From contig CAWBMP010000002.1 of assembly GCA_963790025.1 (NCBI GenBank), forward strand, positions 640,001 to 704,000: a stretch of 64,000 nt of DNA, given 5' to 3'. Each line of letters opens with the position of its first letter. Within the stretch, counting starts at the first letter, position 1. The translations under genes and the position numbers were made by a program. A model generated the notes under the pieces. It did no database searches, was not told the DNA's origin, and saw only the letters and a program-made list of their open reading frames with translations. The stretch is from Nitrospirota bacterium. Lineage in GTDB: Bacteria; Nitrospirota; Thermodesulfovibrionia; Thermodesulfovibrionales; Dissulfurispiraceae. Positions 1 to 9,737 of the stretch are shown here, piece after piece.

Positions 1-520
1 TTTTTTCGCCGTATCGATCACCTTTCCTGATGAGGTCCGCCCTGATCACATACACATTGCCGTCATCGTAGAAGAAGCCGTCAATGTCCTGCCTGCGCAG
101 ATCGTTCCTGCCATATTCGATGTATTTGCAGACGAAGCCTGTGGCAAGAGAGTCATAGCCTCCTTCCGAAAACTCCCTGATGCATTCGTCAATAAGCCCT
201 GACCTCCTGACAGGCGAAGTCGCCTGGAGGAGGACCACCACATCGCACGGGATATTTTCCACAGCATGTTTAAGCACGTCCAGGGTATCTGCCTCATCAG
301 TGGCAAGCTCTGCAGGACGTTCCAGGACCTGAGCGCCATATTCTCCGGATACTCCGGCGATTTCCTGGTCTTCCGTTGAAATTGCAAAGCGGTCGAGGAG
401 CCCGGATTGCTTTGCCGCGCCGATGGTCCATGCAATAAGGGGCTTCCCGGCTATCAATTTAATATTTTTACGCGTTATCCCCTTGCTTCCACCGCGGGCA
501 GGAGTGATGCCGAGTATCAT
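1..520 (-). CDS. Acylneuraminate (CMP-nonulosonate) cytidylyltransferase, NeuA family; runs off the window edge
   Basis: Manual translation from ATG at 520: MILGITPARGGSKGITRKNIKLIAGKPLIAWTI...VVLLQATSPVR. This frame is absent from the ORF track. Confidence 0.9.
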   Translation of the reverse strand, partial: MILGITPARGGSKGITRKNIKLIAGKPLIAWTIGAAKQSGLLDRFAISTEDQEIAGVSGEYGAQVLERPAELATDEADTLDVLKHAVENIPCDVVVLLQATSPVRRSGLIDECIREFSEGGYDSLATGFVCKYIEYGRNDLRRQDIDGFFYDDGNVYVIRADLIRKGDRYGEK

Positions 521-537
521 CTAGTCAGCCCCATTTT

Positions 538-1494
538 TTACTTCCCCAATATAAACAAATGAAAGCCGCCTTCATCTTTGCTTTCATCGTCCATTTCATA
601 AAGTGGATGAAGAAATTTAATAACCGTTTCTATCCATTCGGTCTTTATAGCCCTTCTGTCCTCGATGCTTAATCCATTGCACATCTTTATCAAAGGTGAT
701 GATAGAGGTCTCATGCCGATGTCCCATATCTTCAGAGTTAAAGGAGACAGATAATAAGAGTGCTCCAGAACACTAAACCCTGCACTTTTAGCTAAAGCTG
801 CAAAATCATTGTATGACATTGTCCAATGCATATCTTCTGTTCTGCCCCGATTAAGTAATCGCAGCAATTCGGAATTTGTCTCTTTCCAGCGATATGTAAC
901 ACAGTAATCAATAAATTTATTATTGGGGATACATAAAATGGCTATTCCGCGTTTATTGAGAATTCTATAAACCTGCTGTAATGCCTTCAATGGATCAGCC
1001 AACCAGTACAGAATATTTGAAAAGATGGTTTTAAAAGTTTCATCTTCAAAAGGTAATTGACCATTTGCGTCAGACTTAATTAAATCATCATAGAAATTCA
1101 GAGCCTTTGCCTGAGCAATCAGGCTATCCTTATGGTCCAACCCGAAAGTGAAAGTATATTGTGGCTGTTCAATAACATATCCCTTCAAGTCAACGTGCTT
1201 GCATACGTTATAAATATCTTTATTATCCCAGAAACCGGTTGTATCCGTGTTAATATACCGATCATAGTCGACGGAGAATTCTCCACCTGCAGTTAGAAAG
1301 CTGGAAATACCATTCCCGCAACCCAAATCCAACGATGGAGAAGCAATTTCATATTTAGCAATCTTGGACGATGCTATTGCATTCCAAAGAGCTGACTCCG
1401 GTCTAAGCCAGTTAACATTAAGATGCGCCCTTATAAAGTTGTCAATTTTCTTTTCGAGCATAATTGATTTCCTATGACTAAAATTCAGATCCAC
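538..1494 (-). CDS. Class I SAM-dependent methyltransferase (start may be 1461)
   Basis: LDLGCGNG motif I; LPFEDETFKTIFSN; VYRILNKRG. Confidence 0.8.
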   Translation of the reverse strand: MDLNFSHRKSIMLEKKIDNFIRAHLNVNWLRPESALWNAIASSKIAKYEIASPSLDLGCGNGISSFLTAGGEFSVDYDRYINTDTTGFWDNKDIYNVCKHVDLKGYVIEQPQYTFTFGLDHKDSLIAQAKALNFYDDLIKSDANGQLPFEDETFKTIFSNILYWLADPLKALQQVYRILNKRGIAILCIPNNKFIDYCVTYRWKETNSELLRLLNRGRTEDMHWTMSYNDFAALAKSAGFSVLEHSYYLSPLTLKIWDIGMRPLSSPLIKMCNGLSIEDRRAIKTEWIETVIKFLHPLYEMDDESKDEGGFHLFILGK

Positions 1495-2153
1495 TTCCCC
1501 CTCACTGACATAAATGCTTCCGCATATTTAAGACCTATCTCGGTGCCACGCTTCTGAGCGAGAATACCGATACCTTCCGGCGACCGGGGATGAGGATAAT
1601 TCCTGCTTTCTGTCTCATAACATCTTAATGCCCTCAGCTTTTTGTTCACAAAGGCTTTTATGTCCACATAATAATTGGGCATGAACACCGTATTCGGAGT
1701 AGGGAGAGATTGCTCTGTAGAAGAAGGAACCTCATACATAAATATATTGCTGACAAACAATGCTGCAGTAGGCCTCAAAACAACACGTGCTGCGTCAAAT
1801 ACCGCCCTGTGGTCCTGATTATTATCGCCAGAAAAAGGGATATATACTATACCCGGCTTTATTTTGGCAAAATAGTTTTCGACCGGGATTATGATGTCCT
1901 GAACTGCCACATCGAGTCTTTCATCGGGAAGATCCAGGAAAACAGCTTCATCGTAGCCCAGAATTCTCTTCGCTTTTAGCGCATGAGATTTTTCTATATC
2001 ATTAAGTTTGTTATCAAAATTGTGGTTGTATGCCCTGTGCGCCACAAATATAACGCTTACCTTGTCGCCCCCGGCTTTATGTTTTGCGATAACTCCACCA
2101 CATCCCAGCGCCTCGTCATCCATATGAGGGGCAATAATCAATATTTTTTTCAT
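1485..2153 (-). CDS. PIG-L/LmbE family deacetylase
   Basis: IAPHMDDEALGCGG and NQDH motifs; start MKKILII overlaps the upstream stop. Confidence 0.9.
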   Translation of the reverse strand: MKKILIIAPHMDDEALGCGGVIAKHKAGGDKVSVIFVAHRAYNHNFDNKLNDIEKSHALKAKRILGYDEAVFLDLPDERLDVAVQDIIIPVENYFAKIKPGIVYIPFSGDNNQDHRAVFDAARVVLRPTAALFVSNIFMYEVPSSTEQSLPTPNTVFMPNYYVDIKAFVNKKLRALRCYETESRNYPHPRSPEGIGILAQKRGTEIGLKYAEAFMSVRGKWI

Positions 2154-3181
2154 CTCAAAAAAATCCCCCTTAATTCGTTGACTTCTTTTCCTGCATCTTC
2201 CCATCCGAAGTATATTGGCGGGCAGTGGTGATGTTCGGCAATCCACCTTGAATGAGGAAGATCGTAAGGGACATTTTCTATCTCAGGTCCAAAGTCAGCT
2301 TGATTGAATACCTTGCCGGTTTCTATTTTCAAATCATAATCAAAAACAATATACTTGTAATAACCTGATGTCATTCCTTCGGGAAAATTAACCCTGTTTT
2401 CAAAAATTTGATCGTATTTCTCAGCTAATTTCCTCTTCCATTCCAGAATAACCGGCAACCGTTCAAGCTGTATAAGGCCGAGTGCTGCCGTGACTTCATT
2501 CATCCGGAAATTAAAACCGTTTTGCAGCATATATGAAACATTGCCGTTCACAACTTTTTTACCGTAATTCCTGTAATACCTCAGCCATTCAAGAAAGCTC
2601 TCATCGTTTGAACAGACAACCCCGCCTTCTCCAAGGGGCATTGTCTTGGTGGCATAAAAAGAATAAGCTCCTGCCAATCCCCAAGATCCGGCCATCTTGC
2701 CGTTGAAGCGCCCGCCATGGGCATGCGCGCAATCTTCAATTAAGGCAATGTCCCTTTCTTTGCAGAAAGCTTCAATTTCGTCAATCTGAAAGGCAATATG
2801 GCCGCCTATATGGACAACAGCCACCGCCTTTGTATTCTTTGTCGCCTTTTTCTTCAAATCCTCAAAGCTAAGGCACAAATCCTCTCTATTGCAATCTGCA
2901 TATATTACCCGGCCTCCAGCTCGTTTCGCGGCAGCCGCCGTTGCCCAGAAGGTGTTCGCTGGGACAATTACATCCTTGTTCCGGACGCCTATATATTCAA
3001 ATATACTCAGCAGACCCGTGCCTCCGTTGGAGACAGCCAGACACGGAACATTTATGAGCCTGCTGAACCCCTCCTCGAAGCGTTTGACCATTTGCCCTTC
3101 GGAAAGAAAATTACTGTCGAATACATCATTCAGCAGTTGATAATATTTATTCCGGTATTCTTGTTCAAAAGGTATCTTCAT
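2150..3181 (-). CDS. DegT/DnrJ/EryC1/StrS PLP-dependent sugar aminotransferase
   Basis: IEDCAHAHG and YSFYATKTMPLGEGG (PLP lysine) motifs. Confidence 0.9.
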   Translation of the reverse strand: MKIPFEQEYRNKYYQLLNDVFDSNFLSEGQMVKRFEEGFSRLINVPCLAVSNGGTGLLSIFEYIGVRNKDVIVPANTFWATAAAAKRAGGRVIYADCNREDLCLSFEDLKKKATKNTKAVAVVHIGGHIAFQIDEIEAFCKERDIALIEDCAHAHGGRFNGKMAGSWGLAGAYSFYATKTMPLGEGGVVCSNDESFLEWLRYYRNYGKKVVNGNVSYMLQNGFNFRMNEVTAALGLIQLERLPVILEWKRKLAEKYDQIFENRVNFPEGMTSGYYKYIVFDYDLKIETGKVFNQADFGPEIENVPYDLPHSRWIAEHHHCPPIYFGWEDAGKEVNELRGIFLR

Positions 3182-3195
3182 ATAAAGCCCGGGGG

Positions 3196-4986
3196 TCAGA
3201 TAAAATTCTGTGTCTTCGTTTTGCCGAGCCGGTCGAAAAGCTCGTTGAATTTTGTGAGCCTGCAGCGTGGACAATATTTTTTGCAGAACTCGGCATCCAG
3301 CACCATCCCGGATTGTTCATTTCTCTTTGTCCCCAACCAGATATCCCTGAAGGATTCAGTGTTGATGTTTCCGATAGGTTCCATCCATTTGTGTATATTG
3401 AGCCGGCCGCACAAATATACGCTTCCGTCGGAAGCAATAACAGTGGTAAGGCTGTGCACCAAACATGGTCCGCCCGCATTCCCTTCAGTCACGTTCTGGG
3501 ACATCCCATCCGTGATGACCGAAAACCTGGAGCCTCTCTGATATCTACCCAGATACGAGAGGTCGACCTTGACGTCCAGCTCCGGATGATCGATAACAGG
3601 TCTGAACTGTATGTAGTTTACTCCAAAATCCCTGATCCTGAGAATGAGTGATTCGAGGTTCCCGATATTCTTCGAGGTGACCACATAGCCGACTCCGACA
3701 GTCGCCTTCGACGAACACAGGCGTTTTATATTGCTCATGACCCTCTCAAAGGTATCGCTGTTCTTCAGTAGCCGCTGTTCTTCAGGATTGGATGCGTCAA
3801 GACTGACACGGACCCATTCAAGTTTATCCGCAATGTGGCTTTTTATTTTAGTGCTGCCGTTGGTGATAAGACCGACTCCGAGACCGTTGTCACATGCAAG
3901 CGTGACGACATCGTCAAAATTCTTGTGAACTGTGGGTTCCCCTCCTCCTTCAATGACTATTCCACGTGTGCCTCCCTGCTGCAATTCGGGGAAAAGTCTC
4001 CTGAGGATACTAAAATCCATGTCCTTGTCCATGCGAGCCCTCAAATCCTTGTCGGAGCACCAAATACAGTTCAGATTGCAACGGTTTGTGAGCGAGAGTT
4101 CAACGCTTATAGGGTAGGTCAGATCAGGTTCGGAGTTATTATGTTTTTTCAAAGCTGCTATTTTTTCAGGGAACAAATATAGTTTTTCTAGGCCGACTTC
4201 CTGTACAGCGGCATCCTTGTTGCTCTCGGCCAGGACCGGGTTATTATCAAGCATCCCGATAATATTATCTGTATAGGGGCGTTCAAGATTTCTGAGGATA
4301 AAGTCTATAAGTTTCAAATCTTTTTCGGTGTCAAAACAGACCTTGTAATGCGGTCTTGGATTTGCATATAAGAATTTATGTGTGTTAAATTTCGTCTCGT
4401 TTTGATGAAAGTAAAGCATCCCTGCTTCGCGCTGTTCGGGAGTCAGTCTTTTCCTGTTGAGTTCCAACAGGAGATTTTTTTGCACGACATCGCATCCCGT
4501 CCCGTATATGGTCCCGGCGAAATACTCGTTGTAGCTGAATTCAAAACCGCCATCCAGATGGTTCCCTATCAAATCATTCGCCAGGAGTGGATCGAACAAA
4601 GGATAATTTCCGCTGATCTTCAATATGGTTTTCCCCTGAAAGTGTTGTACCGCACCGCATAATCTGGAGATCACATCAGATTCACTACCCCGGAAACTCT
4701 TTATATTTAACCTCTCAGCCTCCCTGACCAGTGGGTCATCATTAGGGTTGTCCGTAGAAGCGAGAATTATTTCCGACACATATTTCACCGCCCTAACTCT
4801 GGAGACTATGTGCTCTAAAACCGTTTTTCCGGCGATCTTAACCATGCTCTTGCCGGGGAATAAATTGGATTTATGCATAGCCTGAATAACTGCACACACT
4901 TTTTTTCTTGTCTTACCTGCCATATTCTTGCCTGTCAATTCCTCGACTGTCTCGATCTGTTCAGCGCCCATTTTTCCCATTTTCAA
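3196..4986 (-). CDS. Fusion: SpsF-like cytidylyltransferase + radical SAM domain with SPASM/twitch cysteines
   Basis: N-terminal IQAMHKSNLFPGK...FRGSESDVISR; CNLNCIWC, GGGEPT; C-terminal CLVH..DGSVYLC..CKKYCPRC. Confidence 0.85.
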   Translation of the reverse strand: MKMGKMGAEQIETVEELTGKNMAGKTRKKVCAVIQAMHKSNLFPGKSMVKIAGKTVLEHIVSRVRAVKYVSEIILASTDNPNDDPLVREAERLNIKSFRGSESDVISRLCGAVQHFQGKTILKISGNYPLFDPLLANDLIGNHLDGGFEFSYNEYFAGTIYGTGCDVVQKNLLLELNRKRLTPEQREAGMLYFHQNETKFNTHKFLYANPRPHYKVCFDTEKDLKLIDFILRNLERPYTDNIIGMLDNNPVLAESNKDAAVQEVGLEKLYLFPEKIAALKKHNNSEPDLTYPISVELSLTNRCNLNCIWCSDKDLRARMDKDMDFSILRRLFPELQQGGTRGIVIEGGGEPTVHKNFDDVVTLACDNGLGVGLITNGSTKIKSHIADKLEWVRVSLDASNPEEQRLLKNSDTFERVMSNIKRLCSSKATVGVGYVVTSKNIGNLESLILRIRDFGVNYIQFRPVIDHPELDVKVDLSYLGRYQRGSRFSVITDGMSQNVTEGNAGGPCLVHSLTTVIASDGSVYLCGRLNIHKWMEPIGNINTESFRDIWLGTKRNEQSGMVLDAEFCKKYCPRCRLTKFNELFDRLGKTKTQNFI

Positions 4987-5299
4987 TAATGTCTATATCG
5001 TTCTTTAATTCTTCTATCTCTTTCTTAAGCAAATCATATTCATTAATTTTCACTTTCAGAAACTCATATGTTAATTCCACTTTGCCTTTCATTCCCTTCG
5101 GGGTGAGAATATACATGTACGCCGATTTATTTCTTGAATTCTTGAACCTCATTGTCTTTATTAACCCTTTATTCAAAAGGGCGTTCAACACGTAGTTTAC
5201 CTTTCCCAGGCTTAGACCAAGCCTTCTTGAAAGGTCCCGCTGGGAGAGGTTAGCATTCTCGGATAATTCTTTCAGGAGTTTTAGCTGGTATTCGTCCAT
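4961..5299 (-). CDS. MarR-family EPS-associated transcriptional regulator
   Basis: SQRDLSRRLGLSLGKVNYVL and YMYILTPKG winged-helix signature. Confidence 0.9.
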   Translation of the reverse strand: MDEYQLKLLKELSENANLSQRDLSRRLGLSLGKVNYVLNALLNKGLIKTMRFKNSRNKSAYMYILTPKGMKGKVELTYEFLKVKINEYDLLKKEIEELKNDIDIIENGKNGR

Positions 5300-5426
5300 A
5301 ATAAATAGCGAAGGGCCAAAAAAAACTTAAAAGCTAAGAACAAAAAATGAAAAACCAAAAAATAAAACAGAAAGGCTCTTTTTTGTGCTTTTGTCTTTGA
5401 GCTACGGACTTGAAGTTAATTTAAGA

Positions 5427-5460
5427 CAGGCTACCGCCATTAGATGCTATGATAGCATCT
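5427..5460 (-). promoter_or_regulatory. ops element (GGCGGTAGCCTG) preceded by a hairpin, JUMPstart-like
   Basis: Minus strand 5438-5427 matches the ops consensus GGCGGTAGnnTG; hairpin AGATGCTATCATAGCATCT lies just 5' of it. Confidence 0.75.
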
Positions 5461-5494
5461 CCGAATTTTGAATCATTTCATAGGGATTAAATGC

Positions 5495-5540
5495 GTTCAA
5501 CTAATGAACTAATATAACTGAAGGAGTAAAGTTAAGTCAA
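5495..5540 (-). promoter_or_regulatory. Sigma70-type promoter (TTGACT-18-TATATT) with GTTCA-N5-TGAAC palindrome at the start site
   Basis: Read directly upstream of the MarR-family gene. Confidence 0.55.
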
Positions 5541-5749
5541 TGAAAAAAGGAAGAAAGACAAGGAAAATCAAGAGTTAAGAGCAAAAAAACTTAAGATTGC
5601 TTGTTTTATAGCTCCGGGCTTTAAGCTCTTAGCTGTTTTGAGACGTAAAAGGCGGGTCTATAATCAAAATCTGTCTGCCACTTTACTGAAATATTCCAAG
5701 GCGAGTGGTTTAAATTTAGACGTGGAAACTAACCTTTCCATAACATACC

Positions 5750-6100
5750 TCAATCGACTTCGAGCCCTAAGTGCAAATGGATAGCCCTCTCCAATTCCTT
5801 CAACCTTTCACGAGATATCGCCCCTGTATATTTAAATAGCCTTTTTTTATCTACCGTCCGTATTTGATTGGCCTTGGCTTTGCTATCGTTATTCAACCCG
5901 CCCTCCCGAGAGGAGATCAGTACCTCAAAGGGATATACTTTATCCACGTTTGAGGTGACAGGCACAACTGTTACAGTGTCAGCATGGGCATCATTGATGT
6001 CATTTGAAACAACTGTATCCGGTCTCGTTTTGCCTATCCTTGAGCCGAGAACCGGGTCAAGTCGTACCATATATATCCCACCTCTTTTGATTTTAGTCAA
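5750..6100 (-). CDS. PemK/MazF family toxin, possibly degenerate
   Basis: LDPVLGSRIGKTRP..VVSND and QIRTVDKKRL motifs. Confidence 0.85.
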   Translation of the reverse strand: MTKIKRGGIYMVRLDPVLGSRIGKTRPDTVVSNDINDAHADTVTVVPVTSNVDKVYPFEVLISSREGGLNNDSKAKANQIRTVDKKRLFKYTGAISRERLKELERAIHLHLGLEVD

Positions 6101-6295
6101 GACCTTCTCTTGCGGTAACGTCCCACTCCTCTATATTTCTCTCTTTCGAGTACCCTTCCGCCATCAATCGGTCACGCTCTCTTTTAAGGCGGTCCTTCAC
6201 AGATTTCCTGATGAATTCACTTCTATTGACCGTCATCCTGTCAATTTCTTTGACGAGATAATCCGGCTCACCATTATTTTACTTATCGTATACAT
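6093..6295 (-). pseudogene. Ribbon-helix-helix (EndoAI/CopG-like) antitoxin, frameshifted
   Basis: MYTISKIMVS, then a frame change near 6265 to PDYLVKEIDRMTVNRSEFIRKSV...LMAEGY...GLD*; the stop overlaps the toxin start. Confidence 0.7.
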
Positions 6296-6449
6296 GATTA
6301 ATATATAATATATTTATTGATTAATCGTCTATCTTTATATTATATAAAAAAACAACGAAAAATAGGCACTAAAAGACAAGAAGTGACTGGTAAGAAGTAA
6401 AAACAATAAAGCAATTTTTTATCTTATACCGCCTACAGCCTACTGGTTT

Positions 6450-7784
6450 TTACTGGTTTCTGCCGACTCCTATCTGGTAATATTCAAATCCGAGTTCGTG
6501 CATTTTTTGTCTGTTGTACTGGTTCCTGCCGTCGAAGATAATTTTATTCCTCAGACGTTTTGCAATTTCGTAGAAATCAGGGCTCCTGAATTCTTTCCAC
6601 TCCGTTATAAGCAACAGGGCATCAGCGCCGGAGAGTGCGTCATATTTGGAATTCACATATTCAATATTTTTAAAATCTTTAAAATAATAATTCTTTGCTA
6701 CCTCTATCGCTTTCGGATCATAGGCCCTCACGCCGGCCCCGAGCTTGGTCAGCTCATTTATTATTGTGGTGCTTGAGGCCTCCCTGGTATCGTCTGTTTC
6801 GGGTTTGAATGAAAGGCCCCATACCGCAAAAGTATAGCCGCTCAAGTCTTTACCGAATCTGCTTATGACCTTTTGCGCCAGCACTTTTTTCTGTCCCTCG
6901 TTAACTGCCTGCACTGCCCTGAGTAATTCCGGGGTATAACCGTTTTCCAGCGCAAGCCTTTCAAGCGCCCTGATATCCTTGGGGAAGCAACTGCCCCCAA
7001 AGCCGCAACCCGGATAAATAAAGCTGTATCCTATCCTGGAGTCGCTCCCTATGCCTACCCTTACTTTGTTGACGTCGGCACCGACCCGCTCGCAGATATT
7101 GGCGATCTCGTTCATAAATGATATCTTTGTAGCAAGCATTGCATTGGCGGCATACTTGGTCATCTCAGCGCTTCTGACGTCCATCGCAATAAGCCGTTCG
7201 TGGTTTTTAGTAAACGGTTCATAAAGCTCTTTTATCTTTTCAAGCGCTCTGGGACTATCTGCACCCACAATCACCCTGTCAGGCCGCATGAAGTCCTCAA
7301 TTGCTGCGCCTTCCTTCAGAAATTCGGGATTGGAGACAACATCGAAGGGAATTTGCGAATTGCGGGCCGTCAATTCCTCGTGGATAATCTCTCTCACTTT
7401 AGCAGCAGTGCCCACAGGAACAGTGGACTTGTCCACAATAACCATATAATGTGACATATTCCTGCCGATATCACGCGCAACCTGCAGTACATACTGGAGA
7501 TCGGCACTGCCGTTCTCGCCCGTTGGAGTCCCAACAGCTATGCAGCATATCTCACTGTTGTCCAGCGCTTCTTTTACGGAGGTCGTAAAGTGCAGTGTGC
7601 CAAGTTTGAAGTTTTCCAGCACCATGGCTTCCAGTCCCGGTTCGTAAATGGGGATAACGCCTTTCCTGAGATTTTCTATTTTAGCTTCATCCACGTCAAC
7701 ACAGATCACATTATTCCCCATCTGCGCCATACAGGTGCCTGTGACCAGTCCCACATAACCCGTGCCGATAATAGAAATCTTCAT
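6450..7784 (-). CDS. ugd: UDP-glucose 6-dehydrogenase
   Basis: [14 protein letters not shown] and [10 protein letters not shown] motifs. Confidence 0.95.
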   Translation of the reverse strand: MKISIIGTGYVGLVTGTCMAQMGNNVICVDVDEAKIENLRKGVIPIYEPGLEAMVLENFKLGTLHFTTSVKEALDNSEICCIAVGTPTGENGSADLQYVLQVARDIGRNMSHYMVIVDKSTVPVGTAAKVREIIHEELTARNSQIPFDVVSNPEFLKEGAAIEDFMRPDRVIVGADSPRALEKIKELYEPFTKNHERLIAMDVRSAEMTKYAANAMLATKISFMNEIANICERVGADVNKVRVGIGSDSRIGYSFIYPGCGFGGSCFPKDIRALERLALENGYTPELLRAVQAVNEGQKKVLAQKVISRFGKDLSGYTFAVWGLSFKPETDDTREASSTTIINELTKLGAGVRAYDPKAIEVAKNYYFKDFKNIEYVNSKYDALSGADALLLITEWKEFRSPDFYEIAKRLRNKIIFDGRNQYNRQKMHELGFEYYQIGVGRNQ

Positions 7785-7802
7785 CAGTTACTCCTTAAAA
7801 AC

Positions 7803-7829
7803 CAGGTTAAGGTTAAGGTTAAGGCTAAG
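7803..7829. repeat. Hexamer tandem arm (AAGGTT/AAGGCT), inverted partner of 8221-8247
   Basis: caggttaaggttaaggttaaggctaag. Confidence 0.85.
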
Positions 7830-7843
7830 ACAAAAACCCTTAG

Positions 7844-8209
7844 TCATTTTTTTGATTCCCGTAAAGTTAAGATTATTTTATTAATTTCTTTATAGATGCT
7901 ACATAAGTCATTTTCCATTTCGTTTACCTGTTTTGCATTAATATAGCCTACTCTTTTGCCATATTCCAAATGGCTTTGGGTCTCTGCTAAAGACCCTCTC
8001 GCCATATAATAAAAATTTATTTTGTCTAAGGTATGATTTCTTCCAAATGCTTCCGCAATATTCGCGGATACGCTAAGAGCAGAACGTCTCATTTGTGATG
8101 TAAATCCATAATCTTCATTACGGGGTAAATCTGCCGTAACTTTGTGTACCTTTTCAGCTATCTCCATCGCCTTTTGCCATATCGGCATCTCTTTAAAAGT
8201 TTTAAACAT
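7844..8209 (-). CDS. Four-helix-bundle protein (23S rRNA IVS-protein/Avd-like family), copy 1
   Basis: WQKAM..LPRNEDYGFTSQMRRSALSVSANIAEAFGR..ARGSLAETQSHL. Confidence 0.9.
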   Translation of the reverse strand: MFKTFKEMPIWQKAMEIAEKVHKVTADLPRNEDYGFTSQMRRSALSVSANIAEAFGRNHTLDKINFYYMARGSLAETQSHLEYGKRVGYINAKQVNEMENDLCSIYKEINKIILTLRESKK

Positions 8210-8220
8210 GCTGCAGTTAG

Positions 8221-8247
8221 CTAAACCTAAACCTTAGCCTTAACCTG
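8221..8247. repeat. Hexamer tandem arm, reverse complement of 7803-7829
   Basis: ctaaacctaaaccttagccttaacctg. Confidence 0.85.
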
Positions 8248-8254
8248 CTTTATC

Positions 8255-9676
8255 TTACCTTTCATATTTATCCTCAACTCTCACAATGTCGTCTTCTCCC
8301 ACGTATTCCCCATTCTGCACTTCAATAATTTCCAGATGGACTCTGCCGGGATTTTCAAGTCTGTGCATGGTTGATTTCGGTACATAAACCGATTCATTTT
8401 CATGTATAAGCATTTCTTTATCGCCTACCGTCACTTTGGCAGTGCCTTTTATCACAACCCAATGCTCCGATCGGTGGTAGTGCATCTGGTGGCTCAGTTT
8501 TTCATTCGGATTTACCACTATCCTCTTTATTTTGTAACGAGGGCCGTCCTCAAGAATGGTATAGCTGCCCCACGGCCTGTAGGTTGTGACATGCTCCTCC
8601 ACTTCAGTTCGTGAAGCCTCATGCAGTCTGTTAACGGCTTCTTTTACTTTCTGAGCCTCCCCTTTTCCAGCCACCAGTATGGCATCATCCGTTTCAACAA
8701 TGAGGCAATCCTTAAGCCCTATAGTGGTGATCTGGCGCTTGTTGCCGAGGATAAGCGTCCGCTTTGTGTCGATTGCAAGAACATCGCCCTGCTTCACGTT
8801 GTCGTCTTCATCCTTGTCGAGCACATCGTAGACCGAGTCCCAGGAGCCTATATCATTCCAATACAAGTCGAGAGGCATCACCACGACCTTGTCTGATTTT
8901 TCCATGACCGCATAATCTATTGAAATGTCGGGCATCTGTGCGAAGCCGGACAGCATGTCGTCGAATCCCTGAACCAGCAATCCCTGTATGTCCGGCGCAT
9001 GCCTGGCCATCTCCCCGATCATGGTTTTTATGCTGAAGGCAAACATCCCTGAATTCCAGTAATAGGAGCCGTCAACCAGATAGCTCCGGGCGGTTTCCAT
9101 GTCAGGCTTTTCCACAAATTTTTCGACCGTGTAACAGTCTGCCCCGTGATCCTTGCCTTCACCTTCGCTTTCGCGCCTACTGTTGGTGCCTATACCTATG
9201 CCTTTTCCTGCCTTTATATACCCGTATCCGGATTCGGGTCTGTCAGGCTTTACTCCGAAGGTCACAATATGGCCTTCGCGTGCTATTGTCTCGGCCAGCT
9301 TCATGTATTCTGCAAATTTGTCATCCGGTCGAATAACATGGTCCGAAGGACACATGAATATGACTTCTTCTTCACTGCAGCCGAGCTTTTCCAGGCAGTA
9401 TTTAACACCGAGCGCTGTTGCCGGAGCGGTATTTCTGCCCGCAGGTTCAAATATTAAATGTTTAATATCGGGGATATCGGCTTTCACATAGAACTTATAA
9501 TTCCCGTTAGTGACAATAACAACATCATCTTTAGTCATCACCTTCAGGAGCCTTTCAGCGGTCTGGCGCAGAAGCGATTTATCACCGGTTATCTTTAAGA
9601 ACTGTTTGGGATAGTTTCTTCTCGACAAGGGCCAAAGTCTTGTCCCGCCACCGCCGGCTAATATCAATGCCTTCAT
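8255..9676 (-). CDS. manC: Mannose-1-phosphate guanylyltransferase/mannose-6-phosphate isomerase
   Basis: LAGGGGTRLWPLSR, EPAGRNTAPA, FVEKP; C-terminal cupin RPWG..HYHRSEHW. Confidence 0.95.
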   Translation of the reverse strand: MKALILAGGGGTRLWPLSRRNYPKQFLKITGDKSLLRQTAERLLKVMTKDDVVIVTNGNYKFYVKADIPDIKHLIFEPAGRNTAPATALGVKYCLEKLGCSEEEVIFMCPSDHVIRPDDKFAEYMKLAETIAREGHIVTFGVKPDRPESGYGYIKAGKGIGIGTNSRRESEGEGKDHGADCYTVEKFVEKPDMETARSYLVDGSYYWNSGMFAFSIKTMIGEMARHAPDIQGLLVQGFDDMLSGFAQMPDISIDYAVMEKSDKVVVMPLDLYWNDIGSWDSVYDVLDKDEDDNVKQGDVLAIDTKRTLILGNKRQITTIGLKDCLIVETDDAILVAGKGEAQKVKEAVNRLHEASRTEVEEHVTTYRPWGSYTILEDGPRYKIKRIVVNPNEKLSHQMHYHRSEHWVVIKGTAKVTVGDKEMLIHENESVYVPKSTMHRLENPGRVHLEIIEVQNGEYVGEDDIVRVEDKYER

Positions 9677-9688
9677 AAGACGACACCA

Positions 9689-9715
9689 CAGGCACAGGTA
9701 AAGGTAGAGGTATAG
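9689..9715. repeat. Hexamer tandem arm (RAGGTA), inverted partner of 10110-10178
   Basis: caggcacaggtaaaggtagaggtatag. Confidence 0.8.
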
Positions 9716-9737
9716 ATCAACGCAAAGTTGTAAATCA

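Noticed and set aside
46..435. 129-aa ORF from the track and other overlapping/antisense ORFs (e.g. 2798-3541, 54228-55361)
   Set aside because: Alternative-frame shadows of well-supported genes with no recognisable motifs.
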